This document shows positions 8,789 to 19,564 of a DNA stretch of 46,725 nt, piece by piece. The notes beneath the pieces are model-generated. The model made no database searches. It was not told the origin of the DNA and saw nothing but the letters and a program-made list of their open reading frames with translations. Numbering within the stretch: position 1 is the stretch's first letter; each line of letters begins with the position of its first letter. The stretch is from a virus (Duplodnaviria > Heunggongvirae > Uroviricota > Caudoviricetes): the IMG/VR virus record IMGVR_UViG_2684622578_000003. One strand, given 5' to 3'. A program made the translations under genes and the position numbers.

Positions 8789-9259
8789 ATGAAAGTCAGT
8801 CAACTCAAAATCATATCTCACAATGATATATTACCTGCTCTTTTAGGAAGAGTGTTCCATGTTACGCCTGAAAATAATATGTCTCTCATAAAACAGTCCG
8901 GCGCTTTGATCCCAAACTCGGAATTATTGCAGATGTCAAGATTTGGAAACTCATCAAATGGTTTTTTCAGACGGCGTAACTGTGTTTCCTTTTTTGACTA
9001 CAGATGTTATGGGACTAAGCATTGGGAAGAACATGCCTATAAATGTTTTCCAACTCAGTTTATAAAACATGTGCCTAATGATAGAATTTCAATACTATTT
9101 CTTCATGAAAGCAAATTCGATAAATTGATCCCCTGGACTGCATGGAAAGCAGAAGAGGCATGGAGTGATAGGGTGGTCCCATACGTTGAAACTGGATATA
9201 AAGGCATAGTCTCCTTAAGTGAGATTACTGAAGAGTTAATTGTTGGGTTTGACTGCTAG
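8789..9259 (+). CDS. Hypothetical protein, low-GC accessory gene (cassette gene A)
   Basis: 156-aa ORF; about 34% GC over the first 100 nt by hand count, versus about 50% nearby; no motif recognised. Confidence 0.6.
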   Translation: MKVSQLKIISHNDILPALLGRVFHVTPENNMSLIKQSGALIPNSELLQMSRFGNSSNGFFRRRNCVSFFDYRCYGTKHWEEHAYKCFPTQFIKHVPNDRISILFLHESKFDKLIPWTAWKAEEAWSDRVVPYVETGYKGIVSLSEITEELIVGFDC

Positions 9260-9363
9260 CAAAGTCAAAAAATCGCTAACGAATGCAGAAGGTACCTACT
9301 TATGGACCGGTCTTTTATGGTCTGCTTGCCGCTATCTTTAGGCTCATTAAGTGAGACTTTTCG

Positions 9364-10782
9364 ATGACTCCCATTCCGTCTTGTGTATTCGATGTATATG
9401 CCTTATCGCTTCCCCGAGGTCTGGGATTTGGGGATGATCCTCCAGTTAGCGCTTGGGGTAGTCATGATCATGTCACAGTCTGTGCACTGACACGTAATTG
9501 TCACAGCGGAAAGCATGGCATTCTTATAATGCGGCGTCGTGAGGACGATGTATGGGCAGTGCTACGCTGGGAGTCAGATTCATATAGTGAAGAAGAGGCT
9601 TTCACAATTATACGTGAGGCATGCGATGAATCTGCGAGTCGCGTCCCTTTGCCTCCGGGTACACGCAGGCGCGCACCGCTTTGGGATGTTGAAGGTAGAC
9701 AACCAAGTAACATATTCAAACTACTTGGACATCCTTGTAGAGCACCTGGCGCATGGATGCTTAATCAATTGTATCTTGCAATGCCAAATCCGGATACTCA
9801 CTGGGCAAGAGAGTGCCAGACTGATAACTTTCATACACGTATTTGGGAAGCCATGCTCCTGGCCAGTTTCCGTGAACAGGGGTTGTTAGTCACTCAGGAG
9901 TACCCCTCTCCTGATTTTCACGTAATAAACAGGTCAGGTGGAGAAGCCTGGATTGAAGCTGTGACAGTTAATCCATCGGACCGTTACGACCATGCCAGGG
10001 CTGAACCTCTGACGTTTCCTTTAAACCGACAAGACAGGGTATCGGGAATTGCGGCTGAACGTTATGCGCGGACCCTAAGGAATAAACTGCGCAAGAATTA
10101 CACTAGTCTCACTCATGTCGAAGGAAAGCCGTTTGCCATTGCTATCGCGGACTTTCACGCTCCCGGTTCAATGATGTGGAGCCGTGAGGCTCTAATTACC
10201 TATCTCTATGGATTTTATGGAAGAGAAAAAGAAATAGATGGGAAGGTTGTGGCTGTAGCAGAAACTGTCGACTGCCTCAAAAGCGACCCCAAAATCCGTG
10301 CTGGTTTGTTTAATTCACACGATAACATTGCTCTCTCGGCGGTTATTTTTTCTAATTCTGCGACTTTATCCAAGCTGAGCAGAGTACCTGTTTCTTCCGG
10401 CGCCTTGATCAAAGGCTACCGGTACATAAGGATTGGTGAGTTCGCTAATGACTCGGCGGGAGCCTTACGTGGCATCCCCTTCAGTATGGATGTAGCCAGT
10501 GACCAATATCGTCGTCTTTGGGAACCCTATAGTTATGAGCCATGGACTTCAGAAATTGAAATTTTTCATAACCCAAACGCGGAAAACCCTATAAATTCTA
10601 CGCTATTTCCAGAGGCCACGCATTGGCTTCCAGTTAACGGTGAGATAATTTGCAAACGCTTTTTCAAGCAAAGCATTTTAAAAAGCCAAACCATTATTCA
10701 ACACGCAGATGATCCAGTTCCTAATGCAAATAGCCTCACGTTTCAGGAAACTTATGAGGCAGACGATAAATTATTTGACTGA
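9364..10782 (+). CDS. Hypothetical protein (cassette gene B), Trp-rich, no recognisable motif
   Basis: 472-aa uninterrupted ORF 104 nt downstream of gene A on the same strand; about 51% GC over the first 100 nt. Confidence 0.7.
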   Translation: MTPIPSCVFDVYALSLPRGLGFGDDPPVSAWGSHDHVTVCALTRNCHSGKHGILIMRRREDDVWAVLRWESDSYSEEEAFTIIREACDESASRVPLPPGTRRRAPLWDVEGRQPSNIFKLLGHPCRAPGAWMLNQLYLAMPNPDTHWARECQTDNFHTRIWEAMLLASFREQGLLVTQEYPSPDFHVINRSGGEAWIEAVTVNPSDRYDHARAEPLTFPLNRQDRVSGIAAERYARTLRNKLRKNYTSLTHVEGKPFAIAIADFHAPGSMMWSREALITYLYGFYGREKEIDGKVVAVAETVDCLKSDPKIRAGLFNSHDNIALSAVIFSNSATLSKLSRVPVSSGALIKGYRYIRIGEFANDSAGALRGIPFSMDVASDQYRRLWEPYSYEPWTSEIEIFHNPNAENPINSTLFPEATHWLPVNGEIICKRFFKQSILKSQTIIQHADDPVPNANSLTFQETYEADDKLFD

Positions 10783-11304
10783 CCTGCTTGATTCGCACAG
10801 AACGCTGTTAGCAATGTCCGCTCCTCGCTCAAAGCGGACTAGAAGGTTAGCTTGTGTCGGACTTTGCGTATTAAATGACTAGTGGTTGAGCCCCATTTCC
10901 ACAGAAAAAATCAGAGAAACTATACCCAATAGTTGTATTGAATCACTGACGAGACAGCCTCATATTCATCAGGACTGGTGTACGTCCAATACAGGAGGTT
11001 GTGGTGCTGGTTCTCAAATGTGCGCTGGCTATTACGGCTGTAATGGCGATTTATTGTCTTGCTATTGTTCTTATGGATCGCCTTTCTGACTGATTTCACA
11101 TTGGCGAGGTAACGGTAGTTAAGTAGAATGGCTGCGGGTGCTTGAGGCTATCTGCCTCGGGCATGAACACCAACGGCAGATAGAGAAAAGCCCCAGTTAA
11201 CATTACGCGTCCTGCAAGACGCTTAACATTAATCTGAGGCCAATTTCATGCTAGACATATGTAGGTTAGCCTCTTACGTGCCGAAAGGCAAGGAGAAGCA
11301 GGCT

Positions 11305-11460
11305 ATGAAGCAGCAAAAGGCGATGTTAATCGCCCTGATCGTCATCTGTTTAACCGTCATAGTGACGGCACTGGTAACGAGGAAAGACCTCTGCGAGGTA
11401 CGAATCCGAACCGGCCAGACGGAGGTCGCTGTCTTCACAGCTTACGAACCTGAGGAGTAA
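11305..11460 (+). CDS. hokD: Hok-family type I toxin HokD/RelF
   Basis: 51-aa product MKQQKAMLIALIVICLTVIVTALVTRKDLCEVRIRTGQTEVAVFTAYEPEE with a TM helix and conserved Cys; GGAG RBS; followed by a stem-loop and terminator. Confidence 0.8.
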   Translation: MKQQKAMLIALIVICLTVIVTALVTRKDLCEVRIRTGQTEVAVFTAYEPEE

Positions 11461-11528
11461 GAGACCCGGCGAGGGAGAAATCCCTCGCCACCTCTGATGT
11501 GGCAGGCATCCTCAACGCACCCGCACTT

Positions 11529-11551
11529 AACCCGCTTCGGCGGGTTTTTGT
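11529..11551 (+). terminator. Rho-independent terminator after hokD
   Basis: AACCCGC-TTCG-GCGGGTT hairpin followed by a T-run. Confidence 0.6.
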
Positions 11552-11676
11552 TTTTATTTTCAACGCGTTTGAAGTTCTGGACGGTGCCGGAATAGAATCA
11601 AAAATACTTAAGTAGCGCGCAGGGATAAGAGGGATGGTCCCTTAAAGGGGAGAGCTAATTATCCGGAAGGATTCTG

Positions 11677-11928
11677 ATGATGAACATCGAAGAACTGCGT
11701 AAAATTTTTTGTGAAGATGGCCTCTATGCTGTGTGCGTTGAAAATGGAAATCTTGTTAGTCATTACCGCATTATGTGTTTGCGAAAGAATGGGGCTGCGT
11801 TAATTAATTTTGTGGATGGTCGAGTGACAGACGGATTTATCTTGCGCGAAGGTGAGTTTGTCACTTCATTACAGGCACTGAAAGAGATCGGAATAAAAGC
11901 AGGCTTTTCAGCTTTTGCAGAAGAATAA
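11677..11928 (+). CDS. rem: Rem-like small protein
   Basis: 83-aa ORF MMNIEELRKIFCEDGLYAV...; size, sequence and position (between hokD and ydfU) match recalled Qin rem. Confidence 0.55.
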   Translation: MMNIEELRKIFCEDGLYAVCVENGNLVSHYRIMCLRKNGAALINFVDGRVTDGFILREGEFVTSLQALKEIGIKAGFSAFAEE

Positions 11929-11994
11929 ACTCATCTACAATCTTGCGCGGGGCTGAACTCCCGCTGAGTAACACCGTGCCACCGGAGAAAACCG

Positions 11995-12273
11995 ATGGCA
12001 CGCAACGTAAAATATTACAATTCTGATAATTCGCCCGTTCTTGTCTGCACGCACGAGCGGTATTCTCACGCATTCAAGTCTGAATGGTTCCAACACCCTC
12101 CATGCACTGAAGAGCAGGCTGAATGGATAATTCAGTGTTACCGCAGGCGCGGATACGAGGTTAAGAAAGCCCTTAGCCTCGACTACCGTCACTGGATAAT
12201 CTCAGTCAGATTGCCTTACTCCGAACGCCCACCACGTGCGTCCCGCACTTTCCAGCAACGGATCTGGAGGTAA
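11995..12273 (+). CDS. Hypothetical protein
   Basis: 92-aa ORF with GGAGA RBS; stop 1 nt before the ydfU GTG start. Confidence 0.4.
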   Translation: MARNVKYYNSDNSPVLVCTHERYSHAFKSEWFQHPPCTEEQAEWIIQCYRRRGYEVKKALSLDYRHWIISVRLPYSERPPRASRTFQQRIWR

Positions 12274-12274
12274 C

Positions 12275-13324
12275 GTGCGGGTATTACTTAGACCTGTTCT
12301 GGTGCCTGAGCTTGGGCTGGTGGTCCTTAAGCCGGGCCGTGAATCCATACAGATATTTCATAATCCTCGAGTGCTGGTGGAACCGGAACCAAAAAGCATG
12401 CGTAATCTGCCATCCGGAGTCGTTCCTGCCGTTCGCCAGCCGCTGGCGGAAGACAAAACATTGCTGCCGTTTTTTAGTAACGAACGGGTGATTCGTGCTG
12501 CTGGCGGTGTTGGCGCATTGTCTGACTGGCTATTACGTCATGTTACATCCTGCCAGTGGCCTAATGGCGATTACCATCACTCTGAAACAGTCATTCACCG
12601 TTATGGTACCGGCGCAATGGTGTTGTGTTGGCACTGCGACAACCAACTGCGTGACCAGACATCGGAATCACTGGAGCTGCTTGCTCAACAAAATCTGACA
12701 GCATGGGTGATTGACGTCATCCGTCACGCAATAAGCGGTACGCAGGAGCGGGAATTATCTTTGGCTGAATTATCCTGGTGGGCGGTCTGCAATCAGGTGG
12801 TGGATGCACTACCTGAGGCTGTATCGCGTCGTTCGCTGGGATTACCAGCGGAAAAAATCTGCTCGGTGTACCGCGAAAGCGACATCGTACCGGGAGAGCA
12901 GACCGCCACCAGCATATTGAAACAACGCACAAAAAATCTTGCACCGTTGCCTTACGCCCACCAGCAACAAAAAACACCACAGGAAAAGACGGTGGTAAGC
13001 ATCACCGTTGATCCAGAGTCTCCGGAATCTTTCATGAAGCTGCCTAAACGTCGCCGCTGGGTTAAGGAGAAATACACACGTTGGGTTAAGACACAGCCGT
13101 GTGCTTGCTGCGGTATGCCAGCCGACGATCCGCATCATCTGATTGGTCACGGGCAGGGCGGAATGGGAACAAAAGCACATGATCTCTTTGTGTTGCCTTT
13201 GTGCAGAAAGCATCACAACGAGCTGCATACGGATACAGTGGCATTTGAAGAGAAGTATGGCTCCCAACTGGAGCTGATATTTCGTTTTATCGATCGCGCG
13301 CTGGCAATTGGCGTACTGGCGTAA
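12275..13324 (+). CDS. ydfU: YdfU-like protein (DUF968-type, C-terminal His/Cys-rich HNH-like motif)
   Basis: GTG start with GGAGG RBS gives 349 aa; C-terminus CACCGMPADDPHHLIGHGQGGMGTKAHDLFVLPLCRKHHNELH; ORF track begins at an upstream GTG (12236). Confidence 0.65.
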   Translation: MRVLLRPVLVPELGLVVLKPGRESIQIFHNPRVLVEPEPKSMRNLPSGVVPAVRQPLAEDKTLLPFFSNERVIRAAGGVGALSDWLLRHVTSCQWPNGDYHHSETVIHRYGTGAMVLCWHCDNQLRDQTSESLELLAQQNLTAWVIDVIRHAISGTQERELSLAELSWWAVCNQVVDALPEAVSRRSLGLPAEKICSVYRESDIVPGEQTATSILKQRTKNLAPLPYAHQQQKTPQEKTVVSITVDPESPESFMKLPKRRRWVKEKYTRWVKTQPCACCGMPADDPHHLIGHGQGGMGTKAHDLFVLPLCRKHHNELHTDTVAFEEKYGSQLELIFRFIDRALAIGVLA

Positions 13325-13337
13325 GTGGAGAACGAGC

Positions 13338-14090
13338 ATGAACCTTGAAGCCTTACCAAAATATTACTCCCCAAAATCTCCAAAATTGAGCGATGACGCT
13401 CCAGCGACAGGCACCGGTTGTTTAACAATTACGGATGTAATGGCAGCGCAGGGGATGGTGCAGTCGAAAGCACCACTTGGGTTGGCCTTATTTCTGGCAA
13501 AAGTTGGTGTTCAGGACGCTCAGTTTGCGATTGAAGGCCTGCTAAATTACGCGATGGCACTGGATAACCCGACATTGAACAAATTGAGTGAAGAAATCCG
13601 GTTACAGATTATTCCTTACCTCGTGAATTTTGCCTTTGCTGATTACTCCAGGTCTGCGGCAAGTAAGGCTCGCTGTGAGCATTGTTCAGGTACGGGATTT
13701 TATAATGTATTGCGCGAAGTGGTGAAACACTACAGACGCGGGGAATCTGTAATCAAGGAAGAATGGGTGAAGGAACTATGTCAGCATTGCCATGGTAAGG
13801 GCGAAGTCAGCACAGCGTGCAGAGGGTGTAAGGGTAAAGGGATTGTTCTGGATGAAAAAAGAACCCGGTTTCATGGCGTACCGGTATATAAGATTTGTGG
13901 GCGTTGTAATGGAAACCGGTTTAGTCGTTTACCGACCACGCTGGCACGACGTCATGTCCAGAAGCTGGTACCAGACCTGACCGATTATCAGTGGTATAAG
14001 GGGTATGCGGACGTCATTGGTAAACTGGTAACAAAGTGCTGGCAGGAAGAAGCATACGCGGAAGCGCAATTGAGGAAGGTGACGAGATAA
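13338..14090 (+). CDS. quuQ: Late gene antiterminator Q
   Basis: 250 aa from ATG at 13338 (GGAG RBS); CxxC...CxxC...CxxC zinc-binding motifs; located just upstream of a promoter-terminator pair and the lysis genes. Confidence 0.8.
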   Translation: MNLEALPKYYSPKSPKLSDDAPATGTGCLTITDVMAAQGMVQSKAPLGLALFLAKVGVQDAQFAIEGLLNYAMALDNPTLNKLSEEIRLQIIPYLVNFAFADYSRSAASKARCEHCSGTGFYNVLREVVKHYRRGESVIKEEWVKELCQHCHGKGEVSTACRGCKGKGIVLDEKRTRFHGVPVYKICGRCNGNRFSRLPTTLARRHVQKLVPDLTDYQWYKGYADVIGKLVTKCWQEEAYAEAQLRKVTR

Positions 14091-14121
14091 ATGATTTTTG
14101 CTGAAGATGGCGACATGATGT

Positions 14122-14150
14122 TTGCATTTTTCAAAAAACATGGATAAGAT
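14122..14150 (+). promoter_or_regulatory. Candidate late promoter PR' (TTGCAT-N17-TAAGAT)
   Basis: Sigma70-like -35 and -10 hexamers with 17-nt spacing, 32 nt downstream of the Q stop. Confidence 0.4.
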
Positions 14151-14196
14151 TTTCTCAACGATGGGCTTTGTGTATCCGACGTTTAGAAAAAAGTAG

Positions 14197-14222
14197 AAAA
14201 CCCGCTTATAAGCGGGTTTTTG
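14197..14222 (+). terminator. tR'-like intrinsic terminator downstream of Q
   Basis: Palindrome AAACCCGCTTATAAGCGGGTTT followed by a T-run; expected target of Q antitermination. Confidence 0.6.
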
Positions 14223-14765
14223 TGCTTTAAATGGGGCAATAGAGATATTGAATCTCATCCCGGGATAAACATTGGCAGTTGAAGGTCCACGCGAACCATT
14301 TATCCAGCAAAATTCCACGCGTAATCCTGTGGTAATTTCTTCTGCATCTCGAAGATTGAGAGCTGAAACGTGAAGCTGGGCATCGATACGCCATCGGATG
14401 GGAATATAAGACCTTTGCTGCTTTTGTAGTCAAAGTTTTTGACAATTCCTGTCATTTTAGGGGACAGAAAAACTCCTTAATACTGATAACCTGGTGCACC
14501 ATACACACGTTCCTGGAGAAAACTACTTTTTTGATAGGGTTGAAGGTGGCTGGATGTCTAAAATAAACATTGCTTCATATGTTCAACTATGAGTTAATGA
14601 CTGTGTCGGTTTGAAGAACAGACGATATACGAAGTAGTTTACTAAAGCAGTTCTCATTTCAGGTGTTATTCACTTATTCCTTCTTTGAGTCTCTCCAATT
14701 AAGTACGAAGTCGTTTCTGTTATGCAAACCATTTATGCCGAAAGGCTCAAGTTAAGGAATGTAGA

Positions 14766-14981
14766 ATGTCAAATAAAATGACTGGTTTAGTAAAATGGTT
14801 TAACGCTGATAAAGGTTTCGGCTTTATTTCTCCTGTTGATGGTAGTAAAGATGTGTTTGTGCATTTTTCTGCGATTCAGAATGATAATTATCGAACCTTA
14901 TTTGAAGGTCAAAAGGTTACCTTCTCTATAGAGAGTGGTGCTAAAGGTCCTGCAGCAGCAAATGTCATCATTACTGATTAA
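14766..14981 (+). CDS. cspB: Cold-shock protein (CspA family, CspB-like)
   Basis: 71-aa [24 protein letters not shown]...VFVHFSAI with RNP1/RNP2 motifs; long upstream leader typical of csp genes; symbol assignment less certain than family. Confidence 0.85.
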   Translation: MSNKMTGLVKWFNADKGFGFISPVDGSKDVFVHFSAIQNDNYRTLFEGQKVTFSIESGAKGPAAANVIITD

Positions 14982-15262
14982 AATTCATCGCTCGTCTGTA
15001 TACGATAACGAAGAAGGCTGATGCCTGAGTAGAGATACGGACAGAGTAGTGAATATTGGATCTCTTTAATAAAAAGTAAGGAGGTCCAATACATGAAACA
15101 ATGGCCAGCATATTTGGCAAAATCTTAATCAGGAAAAGTATGCTAACCATTGTGGTGAAGTGCAGGTTTGCTGCATGAATAGTTTCACAGCAGAAGCTAA
15201 CTGCTGGCATCGCAAAACAAAGTGCGTAAGTGGATGACTCCCACAAAAAGCACCACAATCTC

Positions 15263-15288
15263 AAACCCGCTCAGGCGGGTTTTTTATT
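15263..15288 (+). terminator. Rho-independent terminator
   Basis: AACCCGC-TCAG-GCGGGTT hairpin plus T-run. Confidence 0.55.
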
Positions 15289-15344
15289 ATCTGCTTTAAA
15301 TATATTATTAAAATATAAAAAATACTTGTTACTAATAAAATCAA

Positions 15345-15566
15345 TCAGGCTACAGCTTTAAGATTTGTCTGGAATACTTTGTTGCAATGAGGGCAGATCA
15401 AAAGGGCACCTTTTTGTACTCTTGAAAAACTGTGTTCTGACTCTTGGGTGCAGTTTGGGCAGGAACATTTAACGAGATAATTACGGCGTGATTTTGAGTC
15501 TTTACGTTCTGACATAGGCTTTTCCTGTATAAATGGCCGTATACAGTACACTAAATATGAAAACAT
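15345..15566 (-). CDS. Hypothetical zinc-ribbon protein
   Basis: ORF with two CxxC pairs (CSCPNC ... CPHCNK); likely start at MSERKD; no strong RBS seen. Confidence 0.3.
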   Translation of the reverse strand: MFSYLVYCIRPFIQEKPMSERKDSKSRRNYLVKCSCPNCTQESEHSFSRVQKGALLICPHCNKVFQTNLKAVA

Positions 15567-15734
15567 TTCTCGTATTATTATTTTATATATGACTTTCTTT
15601 CAAAATAATTACCCACATTTTTAATGTGTATGTTTTTTTAGCGCCGTTGAGAACAACGTGTGCTGTCAAAACTACCCCGTAGACTCCGATCTTTTCAAAC
15701 ATATTGCACCATCCGTGTACATCGGGGTGAGGAT

Positions 15735-15950
15735 ATGAAATCAATGGATAAGTTAACAACAGGTGTTGCCTATGGCACATCGGCGGGTAATGCTGGTTTC
15801 TGGGCATTGCAGTTACTCGATAAAGTAACTCCGTCACAGTGGGCTGCAATCGGTGTGCTGGGTAGCCTGGTTTTTGGCCTGCTGACGTATCTGACAAATC
15901 TTTATTTCAAGATTAAAGAAGACAGGCGTAAGGCTGCGAGAGGAGAATAA
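15735..15950 (+). CDS. essQ: Class II holin (phage 21 S21-type pinholin)
   Basis: 71 aa from [30 protein letters not shown]... with two TM segments and dual-start Met-Lys-Ser-Met; GGTGAGGA RBS. Confidence 0.8.
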   Translation: MKSMDKLTTGVAYGTSAGNAGFWALQLLDKVTPSQWAAIGVLGSLVFGLLTYLTNLYFKIKEDRRKAARGE

Positions 15951-16261
15951 TCCAATGACTCAAGACTATGAACTGGTTGTGAAAGGAGTCCGTAATTTTG
16001 AGAATAAAGTTACGGTAACTGTAGCCTTACAGGACAAAGAACGCTTTGACGGTGAAATTTTTGGCCTGGATGTCGCCATGGACCGTGTTGAAGGAGCTAC
16101 GCTGGAGTTTTATGAGGCAGCAGCCAGAATGAGCGTCCGGCAAGTCTTCCTGGAAGTAGCAGAAAAATTGTCAGAAAAGTTGAGTCTTATCTGCAGCATC
16201 AGTACTCCTTTAAGATTGAAAATCCTGCCAATAAGCACGAGCGTCCTCATCATAAATATCT

Positions 16262-17289
<1,028 letters not shown>

Positions 17290-17651
17290 GGTAATATTAA
17301 ATCGGAACATTTACATCGCGGAATGTAAAATTTAAATAAAAAGGACTCTTCCATGAGCCAAAATTCCTGAAATCTTAAGGGTAAGATAAAAGGTCTTAAT
17401 CAGAATGACACGTTTTATTAATAAATAAAGCTATTCTTTCATTGCTGTGTTTTTCTTTACAAAAGTAATCCTTGCTATGGGTGGTTAATCATGCGTTAAT
17501 GGTGTTCTGGTTTGTTACAAATTTATCTGAAGCAGTCATTGTTATAATTTTATTATTTGTACCTCTTGAGATTTCCTTGTTGGTTTTTCTCTCTGATATT
17601 TTTTTTCGGACCATTCTGCCCAAGGGCTAATTTCTTCAAAAGGTAATAATT

Positions 17652-17864
17652 ATGTCTAACAAAATGACTGGTTTAGTAAAATGGTTTAACCCTGAAAAAG
17701 GTTTTGGTTTCATCACGCCGAAAGATGGCAGCAAAGATGTGTTTGTCCATTTCTCAGCAATTCAGAGCAACGATTTCAAAACATTAACTGAGAATCAGGA
17801 AGTTGAATTTGGTATTGAGAACGGACCTAAAGGTCCTGCCGCTGTTCATGTAGTGGCGCTTTGA
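17652..17864 (+). CDS. cspI: Cold-shock protein (CspI-like)
   Basis: 70-aa [40 protein letters not shown]...; matches recalled CspI; long 5' leader. Confidence 0.8.
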   Translation: MSNKMTGLVKWFNPEKGFGFITPKDGSKDVFVHFSAIQSNDFKTLTENQEVEFGIENGPKGPAAVHVVAL

Positions 17865-18067
17865 GGTAGACAATATTACAAACCATATTCACTTTAGATG
17901 CCCGTGTTGTCATGGTTCCCAGTATAGAACATCATCTTTTGATGTTTCTGACATGAATCCTTTCGGGGCAAAATGTATCTTTTGTAAATCAATGATGATT
18001 ACATTTGATAATATTTCACAATACTTAAATGCCAGCCGTCTGTCGTTGGATTTAAAAAAGTGAAAAT

Positions 18068-18091
18068 GAAGGCTCCTTCGGGAGCTTTTTG
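18068..18091 (+). terminator. Rho-independent terminator
   Basis: GGCTCC-TTCG-GGAGC hairpin followed by TTTTT. Confidence 0.5.
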
Positions 18092-18135
18092 GCTTGGTGT
18101 CTATTCGATGGATACTCACATACTACGGTAACATC

Positions 18136-18366
18136 ATGAAAAAAATCATAGTTTTTTTTAACTCTGAACCAGCAGTGGTAGTGCCAGCGATGACTGGAGT
18201 TAACACCATCATGCGTGAATATCCAAATGGCGAAAAAACACACCTTACTGTAATGGCCGCAGGGTTTCCATCTCTGACCGGAGATCATAAAGTCATTTAT
18301 GTAGCCGCGGATCGACATGTTACTTCAGAAGAAATTCTGGAAGCAGCAATAAGGCTCTTGAGTTGA
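18136..18366 (+). CDS. Hypothetical protein
   Basis: About 76 aa from MKKIIVFF; no motif recognised. Confidence 0.3.
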   Translation: MKKIIVFFNSEPAVVVPAMTGVNTIMREYPNGEKTHLTVMAAGFPSLTGDHKVIYVAADRHVTSEEILEAAIRLLS

Positions 18367-18534
18367 TTTGATGCTATTGCATTGATAATTCAGGAAAATT
18401 CTCTTTGTCTGTTTGTGTAAAATTTAGACTATCGTATGTTGATTATTGCGATGTTTCATCTTATCTTTTACACGTTTGCACCATATAATCGACTTACTGT
18501 GTAACTGGAAAGTCATAACAGACTAAAAGAGGAA

Positions 18535-18711
18535 ATGATGAATATTGAAAACTTAAAAACAAAAGCAGAAGCAGATATTTCTGAATATATAACAAAAAAA
18601 ATTATTGAACTTAAGAAAAAGACCGGGAAAGAAGTTACCAGTATTCAGTTTACCGCACGGGAAAAAATGACGGGTCTTGAAAGCTATGATGTCAAGATTA
18701 ATTTAATCTGA
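18535..18711 (+). CDS. gnsB: GnsB-like small protein
   Basis: 58-codon ORF MMNIENLKTKAEADISEYITKKIIELKKKTGKEVTSIQFTAREKMTGLESYDVKINLI with AAGAGGAAA RBS; below the ORF-track size cutoff; matches recalled GnsA/GnsB family. Confidence 0.7.
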   Translation: MMNIENLKTKAEADISEYITKKIIELKKKTGKEVTSIQFTAREKMTGLESYDVKINLI

Positions 18712-18862
18712 TGTATTCAATAATAAAATTTATCCATAAACCTCGTTTTTACGGGGTTTTGTTATATTTGAATGGTTCCGAATATCTAAATCACAATTGT
18801 TGATGGTTTTTATTAAACCAATGCAGTCCGGCTCAGGAGTGAGAGAAGCCGGACGTTATGGT

Positions 18863-19273
18863 TTAGCGTGGTAAGATCTGTGTAGTTTTCTGGATGCTTT
18901 CAGTAAATAGTAATGAATTATCAAAGGTATAGTAATATCTTTTTTGTTCGTGGATATTTGTAACCCACCGAAAAACTCCTGCTTTAGCAAGGTTTCTTCT
19001 GTATTCCTGAAATGTGATCTCTCTGGATTTCAGCTTATTAGAGGTCGTTTCTATAAGATGCCTATCCTTTGAAAATTTGACAGACACAATGTTTTTTAGG
19101 CCCTTTAATAACACTGTATTATCATTTTTTAATACAATATGAACATTCTCTGTGGCTAAATAGTAAATGTAATGTGAGACATTGTGACGTTTTAGCTCAG
19201 AATAAAACCATTGATAGTTTAAATCGTTTCGAACTTTATCAAATATTTGTTTAAAAATGACTACCTGATCCAT
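18863..19273 (-). CDS. ydfO: YdfO-like protein (DUF1398 family)
   Basis: 136 aa from [23 protein letters not shown]...; size and position match recalled ydfO. Confidence 0.65.
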
Positions 19274-19330
19274 AGATAAACCTTCCATGTGATATGAGGG
19301 GGCGTAGTCTGCACGATTATCTAAATTGCT

Positions 19331-19564
19331 TCAATCTGGTCTGACCTGTTTTCTGAGCAATTCAGTAATGTCACTCTTTTCTTTGTTTGCTTCAGAAGAA
19401 ACTCTTTTTTCTGAGCACAGTCTCCGGCGGCAGGCTTCAATGACCCAGGCTGAGAAATTCCCGGACCCTTTTTGCTCAAGAGCGATGTTAATTTGTTCAA
19501 TCATTTGGTTAGGAAAGCGGATGTTGCGGGTTGTTGTTCTGCGGGTTCTGTTCTTCGTTGACAT
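19331..19564 (-). CDS. Small basic protein upstream of cos (YnfO-like)
   Basis: 77-aa ORF, Arg/Thr-rich N-terminus. Confidence 0.45.
   Translation of the reverse strand: MSTKNRTRRTTTRNIRFPNQMIEQINIALEQKGSGNFSAWVIEACRRRLCSEKRVSSEANKEKSDITELLRKQVRPD

Noticed and set aside
10886-11089. 67-aa Cys/Gly-rich ORF with TTG start (possible bacteriocin-like peptide)
   Set aside because: No ATG, no RBS at the TTG; a different frame of the same DNA has a perfect AGGAGG and a more coherent hydrophobic peptide (reported as a finding instead).
14230-14760. Possible tRNA or small RNA gene between the Q terminator and the csp gene
   Set aside because: No cloverleaf-compatible sequence recognised by eye; the region is better explained as the promoter and long 5' leader of the cold-shock gene.
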